In this document: one piece after another, positions 1 to 12,200 of the stretch
How positions within the stretch are numbered: the stretch's first letter is position 1
Layout: every line of letters starts with the position of its first letter
Assembly: GCA_048213135.1 (NCBI GenBank)
Contig: PS015504.1
Coordinates: 60,505 to 102,889, forward strand
Reading direction: 5' to 3'
Source of the DNA: Reclinomonas americana ATCC 50394
Taxonomy: Eukaryota
DNA: 42,385 nucleotides
Position numbers and translations under genes: made by a program
The notes under the pieces: model-generated
Told to the model about the DNA's origin: nothing
Databases searched by the model: none
Seen by the model: only the letters and a program-made list of their open reading frames with translations

Positions 1-205
1 AAGACAAGGAGGCAGCTCCATGCAACGTGCATCAGTCACGCAACTCGTCGAAAGGCCGACAGCAGCCGGGCGGCGCGCGAAAACAGCATTGTGTCAAGGT
101 GCGTTGGCGTTGAATTGGCGTCCTGGCGCAATTGCGCCAATTGCGTGGACGGCGGAAAACACACAATCTCACTCACGCGTTGTGTGGCGTGCACGTAGAC
201 AAGCC

Positions 206-3200
206 ATGGCAGACAAGACGTTGCGTGTGTGTGCCAGAGAGTGAAAGAGAGGAAATGCATATGCGCGTGCGTCGTAAAAGTGCTCTATTTTGGCTGGTGA
301 TGGCGCACCATGCCCGCCTTTTTTCCCCCTCCTTTCCCCCTCTCTCTTTTTCTCTTAGAGTGCTCACTGTGTCGCGTTGTTGTTCGCACAGTGCCACTGC
401 TGTTGCAGGCGGTGGTGGTGGCGCTGGTGTAGCCTCATTACCGCCTTCTGAATCATTATTACCGCCTGTGCGAGGAGCTTCCTCGTCAGTGTTGTCATCA
501 TCATCATCGTCGTCGTCTTCATCGACCGCAGCAGCCGCAGGTGAGTCACCATACAAACGGCCTTTCTCTCTTGCATTGTCCTCCTTCCGCTTCTCATGCA
601 GTTGTGCATGTGGCGGCAGCTCGGCCGGATCACTTTGGCGAGTTGGATCCGGAACGGATACCTCTGCTGCTGCGGCAGTTGGTGGAAGAGGCGCTGTCGG
701 GGTGCTTCTCGGCGTCAACGACAGAGTGCGGCTTCTTTGCATCGGTGCCGACGCACCCGGCTGTGTATCCGCACGTGGTGCGCGATCCGTGGTTTGCCAA
801 GGACCTGATGAAGATCATTCGCGAGAGACACGACAATGTGCCAGTTGCGTGCTGAGAGGGGAGAGGGGGTGAAGGGGGAATGGGTGAGAGAGTGGGAAAG
901 GTGTCTCGTAACTGTTGTCTGTGATTGTCGCTCCATGAGCTGCTCCTGCCTCCAACCACGCTCTTGTCTCTCCCTCCTCCTCCTCCTTGTTCTTCTTCTT
1001 CTTCTCACTACTTTTCTTCTGCATCCACCCCTCTCATTCTGTTTCTTGCCTCTGCTTCAACATCAGTCTTCATCCCTCCGCTTGTCTCCTCCTCGTCCTC
1101 CTGTTCTTCTTCGTCCTCTCCTCCCTTCCTCCTGCCTTTCTGTCTGTGCCGCAATCGTCTTGCATCCTCCACCTCCAGTCCTTCTGTTTCCTCTTGTCTT
1201 CTACTCTCACTCTTTCATTGCCTTCAGTCTCCACTCCTCGCCTGCCGTTGTCTCTCTCCTCTCCTCCCTTCCCTCTGCCTCTTTGTCTTGTCAGCAGCCC
1301 TCTTATCTCCTCCTTCCTCCCTTCTCCTTCTCCTCATCCTTCTCCTCATCCTTCCCTTCTCCTTCCGCAGCTCGTCCGTGCAAGCATCCACGGCCTGTGC
1401 ACCCTGGCGATGAGTCCGGAGGGACGCAGCGTAGTCATGGAGGCCGGAGCTCTGGATTTCGTACTGGAGCTCGGCGCGAAGCCAGCCTACGCCGATCTGC
1501 GCTGTGACTTGTATCTGGTGGCCACCGCGCTCACCTCGTCGGGGCTGGTGGTGAACGGCGTCAACCTGGCGCAGCGGATATTCCCGGCGTATCGAGAATT
1601 GGTGTCGGAGCTGAGCTTCTGGACGCGCTTCCCGCTGAGTGCGGTGGCGAACACGTGCGGCAACTTTATCGACACGGCGCGCGGCGAGAGGACAGACTTT
1701 GTCAGTTTGTCCAACAAGGTGAGCGAGAGGAGGAGAATGACGACAGGGGGACAGGGTGTGGGCGCGCACGACTGACACATCTTGTGCATTGTTAGCGTGC
1801 CATTCTCGAGGATGTCGTGTTTCTGGAACGCCTGCAATGGTTGCTGGAGCAAATGGCGGTGGCGAGCAGTGGCAGCGCGGCGACGGCAACCAGTCCTCCG
1901 CCGTCGCTCACCAATGGCCACCATGCGAGTGTCATACCGACGGCCAACGGCAGCGGTGGCGCCAGCGTGATTTCCATGGGAGCCACTCCGCCGGCGGGCG
2001 GTCCGGTGGCCTCTGGCGGCAGCAAGCTGGCATATGCGTTTTCGCTGCTGCTGCAGGACGGTTCGCAGAATCCGGTTGCCAACGAGCATGCGGTTTCCAT
2101 TGTGGACACTGGACTGTTTCGGGTGCGTTGTTGGTTGACTGCTTGTGTGAGAGAGAGAGTGTGCGAGGGTGATGCTGAAAGAGTTGTGGCATCGGTAGAC
2201 GCTGTTCGTGACCGTGATTGAGCCAATGTGCATGGCGTACACACTCGACAACAAACTGGCCATCACGTGGATGGAGTTTGTGTGCAATCTGGCGTTGACA
2301 CGCGACTGTGGTCCACGGTCTGTGTGCGGGCATCCTCTTCCATTCTTGTTTGATTCTGACGTGCGCGCACGGATCGCAGACTACTGAGCATTGAGAATTT
2401 TGTGGACACGCTGTGTGCGGTGGTGATGCGAGATCCCGCCGACGAGAACTTTTACCTGAAGAGTCTGGCCTTGAAGGCGTTGAACACGTGCATGCTCAAC
2501 TCCGGTGCGTGTATGTCTCTCCTGCCAGAATGTGTTCATGCATGTGCTAACTGCGCGCTGCAGACATNNNNNNNNNNNNNNNNNNNNNNNNNNNNNNNNN
2601 NNNNNNNNNNNNNNNNNNNNNNNNNNNNNNNNNNNNNNNNNNNNNNNNNNNNNNNNNNNNNNNNNNNNNNNNNNNNNNNNNNNNNNNNNNNNNNNNNNNN
2701 NNNNNNNNNNNNNNNNNNNNNNNNNNNNNNNNNNNNNNNNNNNNNNNNNNNNNNNNNNNNNNNNNNNNNNNNNNNNNNNNNNNNNNNNNNNNNNNNNNNN
2801 NNNNNNNNNNNNNNNNNNNNNNNNNNNNNNNNNNNNNNNNNNNNNNNNNNNNNNNNNNNNNNNNNNNNNNNNNNNNNNNNNNNNNNNNNNNNNNNNNNNN
2901 NNNNNNNNNNNNNNNNNNNNNNNNNNNNNNNNNNNNNNNNNNNNNNNNNNNNNNNNNNNNNNNNNNNNNNNNNNNNNNNNNNNNNNNNNNNNNNNNNNNN
3001 NNNNNNNNNNNNNNNNNNNNNNNNNNNNNNNNNNNNNNNNNNNNNNNNNNNNNNNNNNNNNNNNNNNNNNNNNNNNNNNNNNNNNNNNNNNNNNNNNNNN
3101 NNNNNNNNNNNNNNNNNNNNNNNNNNNNNNNNNNNNNNNNNNNNNNNNNNNNNNNNNNNNNNNNNNNNNNNNNNNNNNNNNNNNNNNNNNNNNNNNNNNN

Positions 3201-5146
3201 NNNNNNNNNNNNNNNNNNNNNNNNNNNNNNNNNNNNNNNNNNNNNNNNNNNNNNNNNNNNNNNNNNNNNNNNNNNNNNNNNNNNNNNNNNNNNNNNNNNN
3301 NNNNNNNNNNNNNNNNNNNNNNNNNNNNNNNNNNNNNNNNNNNNNNNNNNNNNNNNNNNNNNNNNNNNNNNNNNNNNNNNNNNNNNNNNNNNNNNNNNNN
3401 NNNNNNNNNNNNNNNNNNNNNNNNNNNNNNNNNNNNNNNNNNNNNNNNNNNNNNNNNNNNNNNNNNNNNNNNNNNNNNNNNNNNNNNNNNNNNNNNNNNN
3501 NGCAGGCACGGTGGACAACCTGAGATATCCACGGCCGGACTTGATCGACCAGCTGCCGCCAAGGCTGACGGGTACGCCGACGACGCTGCACAACATGTTG
3601 CCGATTGAGCAGCTCAGTGACATTACGGGAGGTATGTGTTGGGGAAGCATATGTGCTTCGGGCTTGGTATGTGCGTATTCACTGCGCACTCTGCAGCGGA
3701 ACCATTGATCCCGACCGCGTGTCTGGACATTTACTCGTCGTTTGACGAGGGTCTGCTGATGTCGCTGTCGCTGGAGAGCATCCAAAAGTCGCTGCACTTC
3801 TTGGGACCAAAGGTCGCGGCGTGCACCGAGGCCGACAAGCCAAATCTGCTCAGTGCGTTTGCCGTCGTGTACAGGACGCAAATATCAAATCCAGGTCATT
3901 TTTCATCGAGACATGCGCTATCTATCTTTGCTTCTCACGCACGCGCCACAGCAATTGCGAGATATCCACTGTTCCCGAACGGTTCGGCGTCACCTGGTCG
4001 TGGCCTGCCCACCAGACCTGTGGATTACTTGCATGCGTTGCACGCTGTTGCGTTTCCGATCTTCTCTACCTTCACGTGCTTTCCTCCTTTGCTCACCCGC
4101 GTGCGCAGGCGGGTGGCGAGGCGGACGACGAAGACGAAGACGATGGATCGGCCGCGGCCAAGAAGCGCAGGAAAAAGAAGAAGAAGAAGAAGAGCCGAGC
4201 CAAGGCGAATGGAGGGGTGGAGGGCGAGAGTGAGCTGCAGGCGACGGGGGCCGTATCCGGCGACGGAGCCGTGCCCGAAGACATGCCAGATCTGGAAGAC
4301 ACGAGCTCTGTGGAGGGCGGCGTGTCGGACTCGATCCGAGAATTGCCGCCAGGGCTCGCCGACTCTGCCATGGCGCTTCCCATGGTTTGCCATGTTACTG
4401 CTGCACAAGTGCTGCTAGTCTCCTCCTCCCTTACCACCTTTCTCTGCGCAGCCGTCAGAGTTCTCTCGCGGCATGTTTGTGGCCACATCCACATGGTACG
4501 CAGTGCTGCGAGCCGAGGTGGGTTCGAGTCATCGGATAGCCCTCGGCAAGGTGCGTCGGTGGTTTGTGAATGCGTGAGTGTCGCTGATTCCTCAGCTCAC
4601 CTTGTGTGCATTCGTGCAGGAGCGTGGTGACTCCGAGTTTGCGTACGGCGAGTTTGCCAAGGCAATTGGCAGCTACGGCTCAGTGGTCGAGTCGTGGGAC
4701 TACTTTTGGGCGGATCCGCACATCTTGAATGCGACGCTGTGCAATCGGGCACTGGCGTACATGAGACTGGTGAGCGATGCACGGCAAGGCACGGCAAGGA
4801 GAGAGTGGTGCGAGTGAGTCGTCTCACAGTCTCGGCTGTTAATGCAGGGCGACTACGCACGGGCGCAACGCGACTGCGAGTACGTGTTGAGACACGATTC
4901 ACGGAACGTCAAAGCGCTGTACCGGCACGCACTGTGCTGCAAGGAGCACGGTGATTTGCCGCAAGCCATTGAAGGTATCTGTCTGCTCACCCACTCAATC
5001 TCTCCCACGCACATGCTGTGTGTGGTTCATGACACCTGTCGTGTGTAGATGCATCGTCGTTGGTCACCTGGTTACCGGAGCACGCTGGAGCCGCGAATTT
5101 GCGTGCAGAACTTCTGTCCTCGTTGGACTTGCAGGCGATGGACTGA
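206..5146 (+). CDS. Large multi-exon protein: helical (ARM/HEAT-like) N-terminal region, acidic/basic linker, C-terminal TPR repeats; interrupted by gap 2568-3501
   Basis: Exons join in frame at GT-AG sites: MADKT|ATAVAGGG..., LVRASIHGLCTLAMSPEGRSVVMEAGALDFVLEL (ARM-like), then TPR text KERGDSEFAYGEFAKAIGSY...LCNRALAYMRL|GDYARAQRDCEYVLRHDSRNVKALYRHALCCKEHGDLPQAIED, stop TGA 5144-5146. Start ATG 206 is tentative because an upstream GT-AG intron (99-198) could be in the UTR or coding. Continuity across the gap is assumed. Confidence 0.7.
950..1365. repeat. CT-rich low-complexity tract within intron 844-1370
   Basis: Near-pure pyrimidine (TCC/TCT) sequence between the GTTGCG donor and the CCGCAG acceptor. 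Confidence 0.85.
2568..3501. other. Assembly gap (N)
   Basis: Run of N. Other gaps: 6911-7080, 25423-26143, 36007-36545. Confidence 1.
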
Positions 5147-5287
5147 GATGGTGAGCGGAGGGACGAATAAACCAAACGAGAGCACGGACGGATAGACGGA
5201 AATATCGAAACATTGGGTTGCTGTTGTGGGATTCATGTGCATTGGCGATAAGAGTGGGAGACAGGATCGAGACGAGTGCGGCGGCTC

Positions 5288-7533
5288 TCAGCGATTGCGA
5301 GACTTGTCACAAATGTGGTTCAGCTTGCGTGCGTGATCCAGCTTGTGGGCTTGCGTTCGGCATTCACGGCCCCACCTACAGTCACGGCGGCGTGCGTGTG
5401 AGGAGAAATGACGCATCTCTGCATGTGGGCCTCGCTCGGCATACGCACCAGCAGTTCGATCGATTCTTGGCCCAGTCGGGCATGTCGTCCTTTGTCAGTG
5501 CGGCACGGTACTGGTACAACAGCTCGGAGAACACGGAGAAGCAGCAGTTGCGGCACACGTACAAATCAGCGGTGACCGGGTTGCCGTTGCGAACTGTGCG
5601 CGACACGCAGACAATGGAGTCAACTACTGTCGTCGAACACGCAAATCAAGATGTACGCAACCCAGTGCCATCTCGTGATCGCGCAGGCGCTGCACGCAAT
5701 CCTGGAACACATCGTTCGGTGTCAAGCCGCGCTGCGTCATGTGGTAGCGCACAATCTCCATCTCGGCGGGGTTGCTGTTGAGCGCGGTGGCCGGCAGCGC
5801 ATCCATCGACCAGTCACCGAGCTTCTTCAGCGCGCCGACCGCGCCCGACGCACACCCACCAAAGTACTGGTCGCACATGAATATGCGGCAGAGGCCACCT
5901 GCCATGCACGTCAGCATTCTCCTGCATCACAATGTGGCCGCAGAGTTGTGCACGCAACAGGTCTGCACACGCTGACAGCCGGCATCCCGCATCGGCATGA
6001 GGCTGCGACAGAAGCCGCAGTACACATGTTGACCGGTGCACTGGAAGCCATCGGGGCCTGGGTGCAAGGGTATGATGAGGAGATTGGCACACACGGACGA
6101 AGGGAAGAAGAAGAAGAAGGGACATCGCACCTGCAGCAACGCACTCGCGGCACGTGGGTCGACCGAAGCGCGGAATGTCGTCGTCGTCGTCACTGCCACT
6201 GTAGTCGTCCGAGTCCTCGTCGTCGCTGCCGTAGTCGTCGTCGTCGTCGCCACTGTCATAGTCATCGCGGCGACGTCGACCCACACGCATGCTGTGATTT
6301 GACGGTGAGCCATGCACCTTGCGAGATTGATGCACGGAGCCACACACCTCTCCGACGTGATCATGTTCATCTTGTCCAACTCGGCAATGTCGTCGGGTGA
6401 GCGCTTGGCCTCCGGATGTGACTGCCGAGAGAAGCAAGTTACGTGAGCAGAAGGAAGAATGGAAGAGAAGAGACAATGATGGGGTGCACCTCCAGATACG
6501 CCTCCACCACTGCAAAGCAAGCAATTCGGTGAGATGCAGGGGGGAAAGAGTGACATTAACGGTATGGTGCGCAACGATTGCTAACAGTGTGATTGCGGTG
6601 CACGACCTCAACACGACGGCGGCATTGCGGGCACGTCTTGTTGCTCTTCAGCCACTGGCTCATGCACGGCGCACAAAATGTGTGCATGCCTGTCACACAA
6701 ATGTCAACTCGTGGCAGTTCACATTCACACCTAGGAGAGCGAACGCAACAAGGCATGGCCGAGACCGCCAGATACAAAACCTCGTAGCACACCGGGCATT
6801 GCAGTTCCGACTCGAGTTTCTTGTGCTGCACACACACACACATAGTTGTGAGCGACAGCGACTTTACACAAGAATAAGAAAACAATGTGAGTGTGACACG
6901 CACCAGACGTNNNNNNNNNNNNNNNNNNNNNNNNNNNNNNNNNNNNNNNNNNNNNNNNNNNNNNNNNNNNNNNNNNNNNNNNNNNNNNNNNNNNNNNNNN
7001 NNNNNNNNNNNNNNNNNNNNNNNNNNNNNNNNNNNNNNNNNNNNNNNNNNNNNNNNNNNNNNNNNNNNNNNNNNNNNNNNGGTGGAGAGGCTAGTCAGTG
7101 AGACAGTCTCCACACACCTGCACACTCCTGCACAACAAACCTGAGGTCCTTGACCACCAAGTAGCCACGTCCACTGGCCGCATCCTGCTCATACCACACC
7201 GCACAGTGCCGCGCCGACACTCGGCGATCATCGAAACGACACTCGTCGGGCAGCTCGGGTCGTCGCCCAATCACCACTGCCGACTCCTCGTTGAGATTGC
7301 GCGAGGAGAAGATGCCAATGGGTTGCAGAGAGGCGGGCCCAGCTGAGTACGATGCGCCAACGGGGACGAGACGGGCAACAGGCTGCTCCACCTGTGACTG
7401 AATGAGCGCAGAGTAAGTGAGCGCATGAATTGCAGACAACTGTGCGTGTGATGTGCACCTCGTCGTCTTTGGTGGAGGAGGAGAGGTCGGCGGCATCCGC
7501 GTCAGTGATTTCCAAAGTGGCGTCCAGCGACAT
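5288..7533 (-). CDS. CHFR: E3 ubiquitin ligase CHFR-like (FHA, RING, Cys-rich region, C-terminal PBZ)
   Basis: FHA: VVIGRRPELPDECRFDDRRVSARHCAVW...VKDLS. RING: LQCPVCYEVLYLAVSAMPCMHTFCAPCMSQWLKSNKTCPQCR, followed by HRNHTVSNLVEAYLESHPEAKRSPDDIAELDKMNMIT, matching CHFR NNLVEAYL..HP.K.RS. C-terminus VCRNCCFSVFSELLYQYR...RSNCWWGRECRTQAHKLDHARKLNHICDKSR matches the CHFR PBZ. Gap 6911-7080 lies inside the gene. Confidence 0.92.
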
Positions 7534-7621
7534 GTGACCAGCGCACACACCAACAAAGAAGAGAGATAAGAAGAGCGCGCGAGTCGGTCAGTCCAGCAGG
7601 CGGTCGACATCGACTCACAAG
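7534..7621. promoter_or_regulatory. Putative compact bidirectional promoter / 5' UTR region (88 bp)
   Basis: Lies between the divergent inferred start codons of CHFR (7533, -) and the class V aminotransferase (7622, +); no specific motif identified. Confidence 0.5.
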
Positions 7622-9170
7622 ATGACTGCAGTTGCGCGCTCACCACTCTCACTCTTTGCTCACTCACATACACTCACATCCACTGTAATCAGGTGCCCAC
7701 CTTTGGCCACGCGCTTGGACGCGAGCATTTCGGCTTGGCGGCGACCTATCGCAACTTTAATCATGGCTCGTTCGGGTCGGCTCCTCGCGCAGTCACCTCT
7801 GCGCGACGACGATACGAGGACTTGTGTGAGGTGCGTCTCCTTCTCTTTCACACACATCTCCTTGGTGTCTCAATGCTGGCTTGCAGGAGCGCCCTGATCG
7901 ATGGTTCCGCGAAACCTTTTACCAACTGTGTCGTGAGTCGCGTGAGGCACTGAGCGCCTACCTCAACGTGCCGGGATCTGTCGATCACTTGGTGCTGGTG
8001 GAGAATGCGTCCACGGCAGTCAACTCGGTGCTGCGCTCGATGCAGTGGAACGAAGGCGATGTCATTCTCTACTTTTCCAACACGTGCGCTCTCGAGAAGC
8101 TTCAACTGGGAGACTCGACTCGACTTACACCCTTCGCCTTTGTTCCGCAGGTATCCCATGATCCCGTACACGGCAGAGTGGATTCGCGATCTGCAGTCGT
8201 ATCGTGTATCGCTGCGACTTGTCACGGTGCCGCTGCACTTCCCGCTCGTGGACAAGGAGTCGGTGCTGGGGCCGCTGCGTGAGACGCTGCAGTCGCTGGT
8301 TGCGGAGGGCGCCCGGGTGCGTGTGGCGTTTGTGTGCCACGTCAGCTCCATGCCCACGGTGGTGATGCCGGTGCAAGAGATGGTGGCCGAGTTGCGCGGC
8401 TCGGGCGTGGTCGACAGTGTGTTTGTGGACGGCGCGCACGCCATTGGGCAAGTGCCGATCGACCTCACAGCCATGGCACCCGACTACTACACCGCCAACT
8501 GCCACAAGTGGCTTTACGCGCCCAAGGTATGTGCAAAGACACAAGATCGCCGCTTCGAAGACTGAGATGTAAAACGCAACGCAGGGCGCTGCCGTGTTCT
8601 ATGTACGCCCCGAGTTGCAGACGGAGTTGTCGCCGCAGCCGACGGTGATCTCCAGCACCGGCATGCGCGGCTTCGTTGACCGCTTCGCGTACACGGGAAC
8701 ACGCGACTACACGCCGTTCACCTCGATCAAGGACGCGCTGCAGTTTCGCAACGAGGTGTTGGGCGGCGACGAGGCCATTCGTGACTACGTGGGCGAGCTT
8801 GCACGCTGGGCGGGTCACTACCTCGCCGAACAGTGGGGCACCAGGGTGCTTGTGCCCGACGCCATGGTGGGTCGGGCGAGGAGGGGGTTGATGCCACCTT
8901 GTCACTGCACACTGACATCTTTTTGATTTCCAGATTGGTTTCATGACGAACGTGGAGTTGCCGGTGCGCAGTTTCGCCGAAGCGCAGCACCTGCAGGAGC
9001 GTCTCGATAAGCAGCACGACGCGTACATGACGGTGCTGCAGGTGGACGACATTGTGTACAGCCGCATCTCGGCACAGGTGTACATGGAGAAGGAGGACTA
9101 TGAGTGGCTGGCACGCATGGTGCCGGAGGTGCTGGCGTCGATGCGAGAGGGCGAGGCCGGTGAAGCATGA
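7622..9170 (+). CDS. PLP-dependent class V aminotransferase-fold enzyme (Egt2 hercynylcysteine sulfoxide lyase / L-cysteine desulfhydrase / isopenicillin N epimerase-like)
   Basis: 6 exons: MTA|VPTFGHALGREHFGLAATYRNFNHGSFGSAP...; LVLVENASTAVNSVLRS; FVDGAHAIGQVPIDL; DYYTANCHKWLYAPK|GAAVFYV (PLP lysine); FAYTGTRDYT; YSRISAQVYMEKEDY; stop 9168-9170. Confidence 0.9.
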
Positions 9171-9270
9171 GAGTAATACACACATCTTTTTTGTCTTTAA
9201 TCAACTACAGCAAAGCAAGGAAAAGCAACAACAAGAACAACAACACCAATACTAAGACACGAAAGAAATT

Positions 9271-12200
9271 CTAGCGAGCGGATGCAGCGGCCGCTGGCCG
9301 CTGTGGGGTGTGATACAGATTCGGGTCATTGCTGGTGGCAACTCTGGCGGCGGCACACGTCGGTGAGTTCCTCATATCGCAGAGCAAGCAGAGGTGGCAC
9401 GCAACAACAGCCGCAACTTCCTGCTGAGCTCCTCCAGCACGGCCTCACGCTCCTCAGCGGAGAGCGACTGTGGGGAGTACGATCGGAAAATCATCTGGTT
9501 GTCACTCGAATCCTGTGGCAGGTCGGGCAACGTCCGCTCAAGCGGTGGACCACCGACCCACAGCGGTCGCGACGATTGCCTGTGGCGACAGCGAGTGAGT
9601 GGGCGGTTGGATGAATGTGTACGCGGCAGCACTCTCACCGAGGCGGATTGTGCAACACGTCGCCAATCGCCACCAAGTCAGGCGTGTGTACTGCGCGCTG
9701 ACCCGACAGCGCCTCGTACAGCTGCTTCTTCTCCGATCGGATGGCCTTGTTGATGGCCGGAATGCCTGCAATGCTGTGAGTACGCCACATACACGGAACG
9801 AGCACCTCTTGATCAACGCAACATTGCCGAGGAATGGCGCCCGTCTGCACCATTTGCACCAGGTCATCCAGTGCCTTCACATGGCGCTCGGTGCTCATTG
9901 CTTCCGCTGGCGCATTCGCTGCTGCTGCTGCTGCTGTCGTCGTTGTCGTGGTGGACGACGAGTCAGCATTGCCGTCGGCAGCGGTGGCCGAGCGGAACGC
10001 GCGCCCACGAGCCGTCATGCGCGACCCGTTGTCAGAGGAAGCGACTGGCGAGTGCGGTGTTCGTCCACTGAGAGGTGGAGGTGCCGGTCGAGCACCAACT
10101 GCTGCAATAGTGGCAAGGAAACAGTGTGAGACACCAGCCTACAAGGATACCCACTTAATCAATTGACAAACCCAGAAGCGACGTGGGAGTGGCCAGGCGC
10201 TGCAATCCAGTCGGTAGTGTCCGTGGTGTCTGTGCCACGGTTGAAGCAGACGACAGCGGCATCTCTCTCCGCTGTCGGCTGTTGTGACGGTCGCTCACGG
10301 GTGGCAGATTGGGTGCCGAGTGCGCGGTCCCCGGCACCTTGCCCATCCTGCATTTCAACACAATGAGAAGGAGGGAGAAAGAATCAGGCAGGAGCAAGCA
10401 AACTTACATTGTGGAGGCGCTGGCGGCCGTAGCCGAGCGTGTGGTGGTCGTCCCGGACATGGGCTGGCCCCACGCCGACGCCGATCCGAATGCCACCATC
10501 GGTGACGGCTCGGGTAGTGGTGCGCGCGGTGGACTGGCCTCAGTCACGTCGGGCAGGAATTCGGTGAACTCCAGAATCGTGCGCTTCGCAATCACCTCCT
10601 CCAGCACAAACGTGTGACGCAGTCGCGGACCACGCATCGTGCGCGCCGACTGCACTCCGTTCTGATGCACCGACGACTTGGTTCCCGCACCAAAGCCATC
10701 CTCGTCATCCATCTGCTCTCGCCCACGACACGGAGTGGTGAGGAAAGATGAGCAGGCAAGGAGTCACAGATGGAAGCAAGTGCGTACCGCTCGCATGCCA
10801 GCAAGCCGGAGAGAGGGCACGGAAGGTGGTGGGTGTCGCGTGCCAAAGGCCAGCGGTATGCCGGTGCCACGGGAGGCACTCGTGGGCGACACAATCTCGG
10901 GTCTCCGCGTCGACTGCGCTGACGGTTGTGGCTGCGGCTGTGGCAGCGGAAATGACTGCCGACTCCTCCGTCGCTGTCCCTGGCGACCAGACGAGTGCGC
11001 AATGTGCATGTTGACCACGGTCGGCACAGATAGGTCGGCGTTGCGTTGAATGCCGGTGGCTGTGCACCATGAAGAGGTTTGGTCGGTGACGGACGGAGAA
11101 AAGGGGAAAAGCGTAGCACACAAACCAGTCACTCGCGCCGAAGGCACCACCGAGACTCCTGTCGTCGACTCCCCTTGTTGCTTTCTGTGCTCCAGGTCAG
11201 TGGATCGGAGAACTACTGCTGCTGCTGTGCACGCGATCCACCACGCACCTCTCCAGCAACTTGCGCACACGGCGAGCGCGCTCCGTGGCATACTGTTGCC
11301 GCATTTCACGCCATGTGGGGAAGGTGCGCTCCAGCAGCGACTTGGCGAGGTCGTAGTACTCTCGCGAATCAACCGAGTCCGTCCAGGCTGTGTGCGCACG
11401 CGCACGTGTCAGCACCACTCGTTGCGAGAACACAGAAAGGAGAAGAGTGTAGGCGAGGCGCAACTGTCGATAATCTCAAACATGGAATCGAAAAAGAGCG
11501 CAAACGTGATGAATGGTTCGTGTGTGCGATCCTGGTCCCACTCCGCCTGCGTGCAGATCGTGAGTGAGGTTGGAAAGAGCTGGTAAAGACGCGTGCATGC
11601 ACAACGCAGCCGCACCTCGAGAAGCCTGTCGATTTCCGCACTGGTGAAGCCCACCATGAGCGTGCTCAACACTTGCGCAAAGAACATGCGGTACTCGCCG
11701 CGCGAGAGCACGCCATCGTAATCCGCGTCGGCGCATTCCCAAAGCTGTGCAGAGTGAGCAAGGGAGGATGTGAAGAGTGGAGAGTGGACGAGGATGGCGC
11801 ACCGCGTGGAACACATCAGTCAGCTGCGGGTCGCGGTACGTTCGTGCACGCTCCACAGCCGCCACCTCCGTGTGCTTGTTCACAGCACTCTGCCGCCAGG
11901 CCGGTAATTGTACAGCGCTGCCGCGAGATCGCAGAGTGAGTTATAATAATGCGAGACGACAATGGGCACGGGTACGGTACGCACGGATCGTACTCGATCT
12001 CGACCTGGCCAGACTGCAACAACTCGTACATGACAAGCTTGTCTGCGCACGCCAGTTCATATGTGAGGTGATTGCGGTCACGGAAAGGATAGCAAGCGAC
12101 GCAGGCTATACACAACATCTGTCGACACGCTCCCGCCGCGAGTAGGCCGACGAGAGGAAGAGGGAGCCCTTGAGCACCCCACGCTGCGCATGCGAGTGAG

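Noticed and set aside
2381-3881. Long ORFs spanning N runs (also 24965-26504 and 35623-36591)
   Set aside because: Artefacts of assembly gaps.
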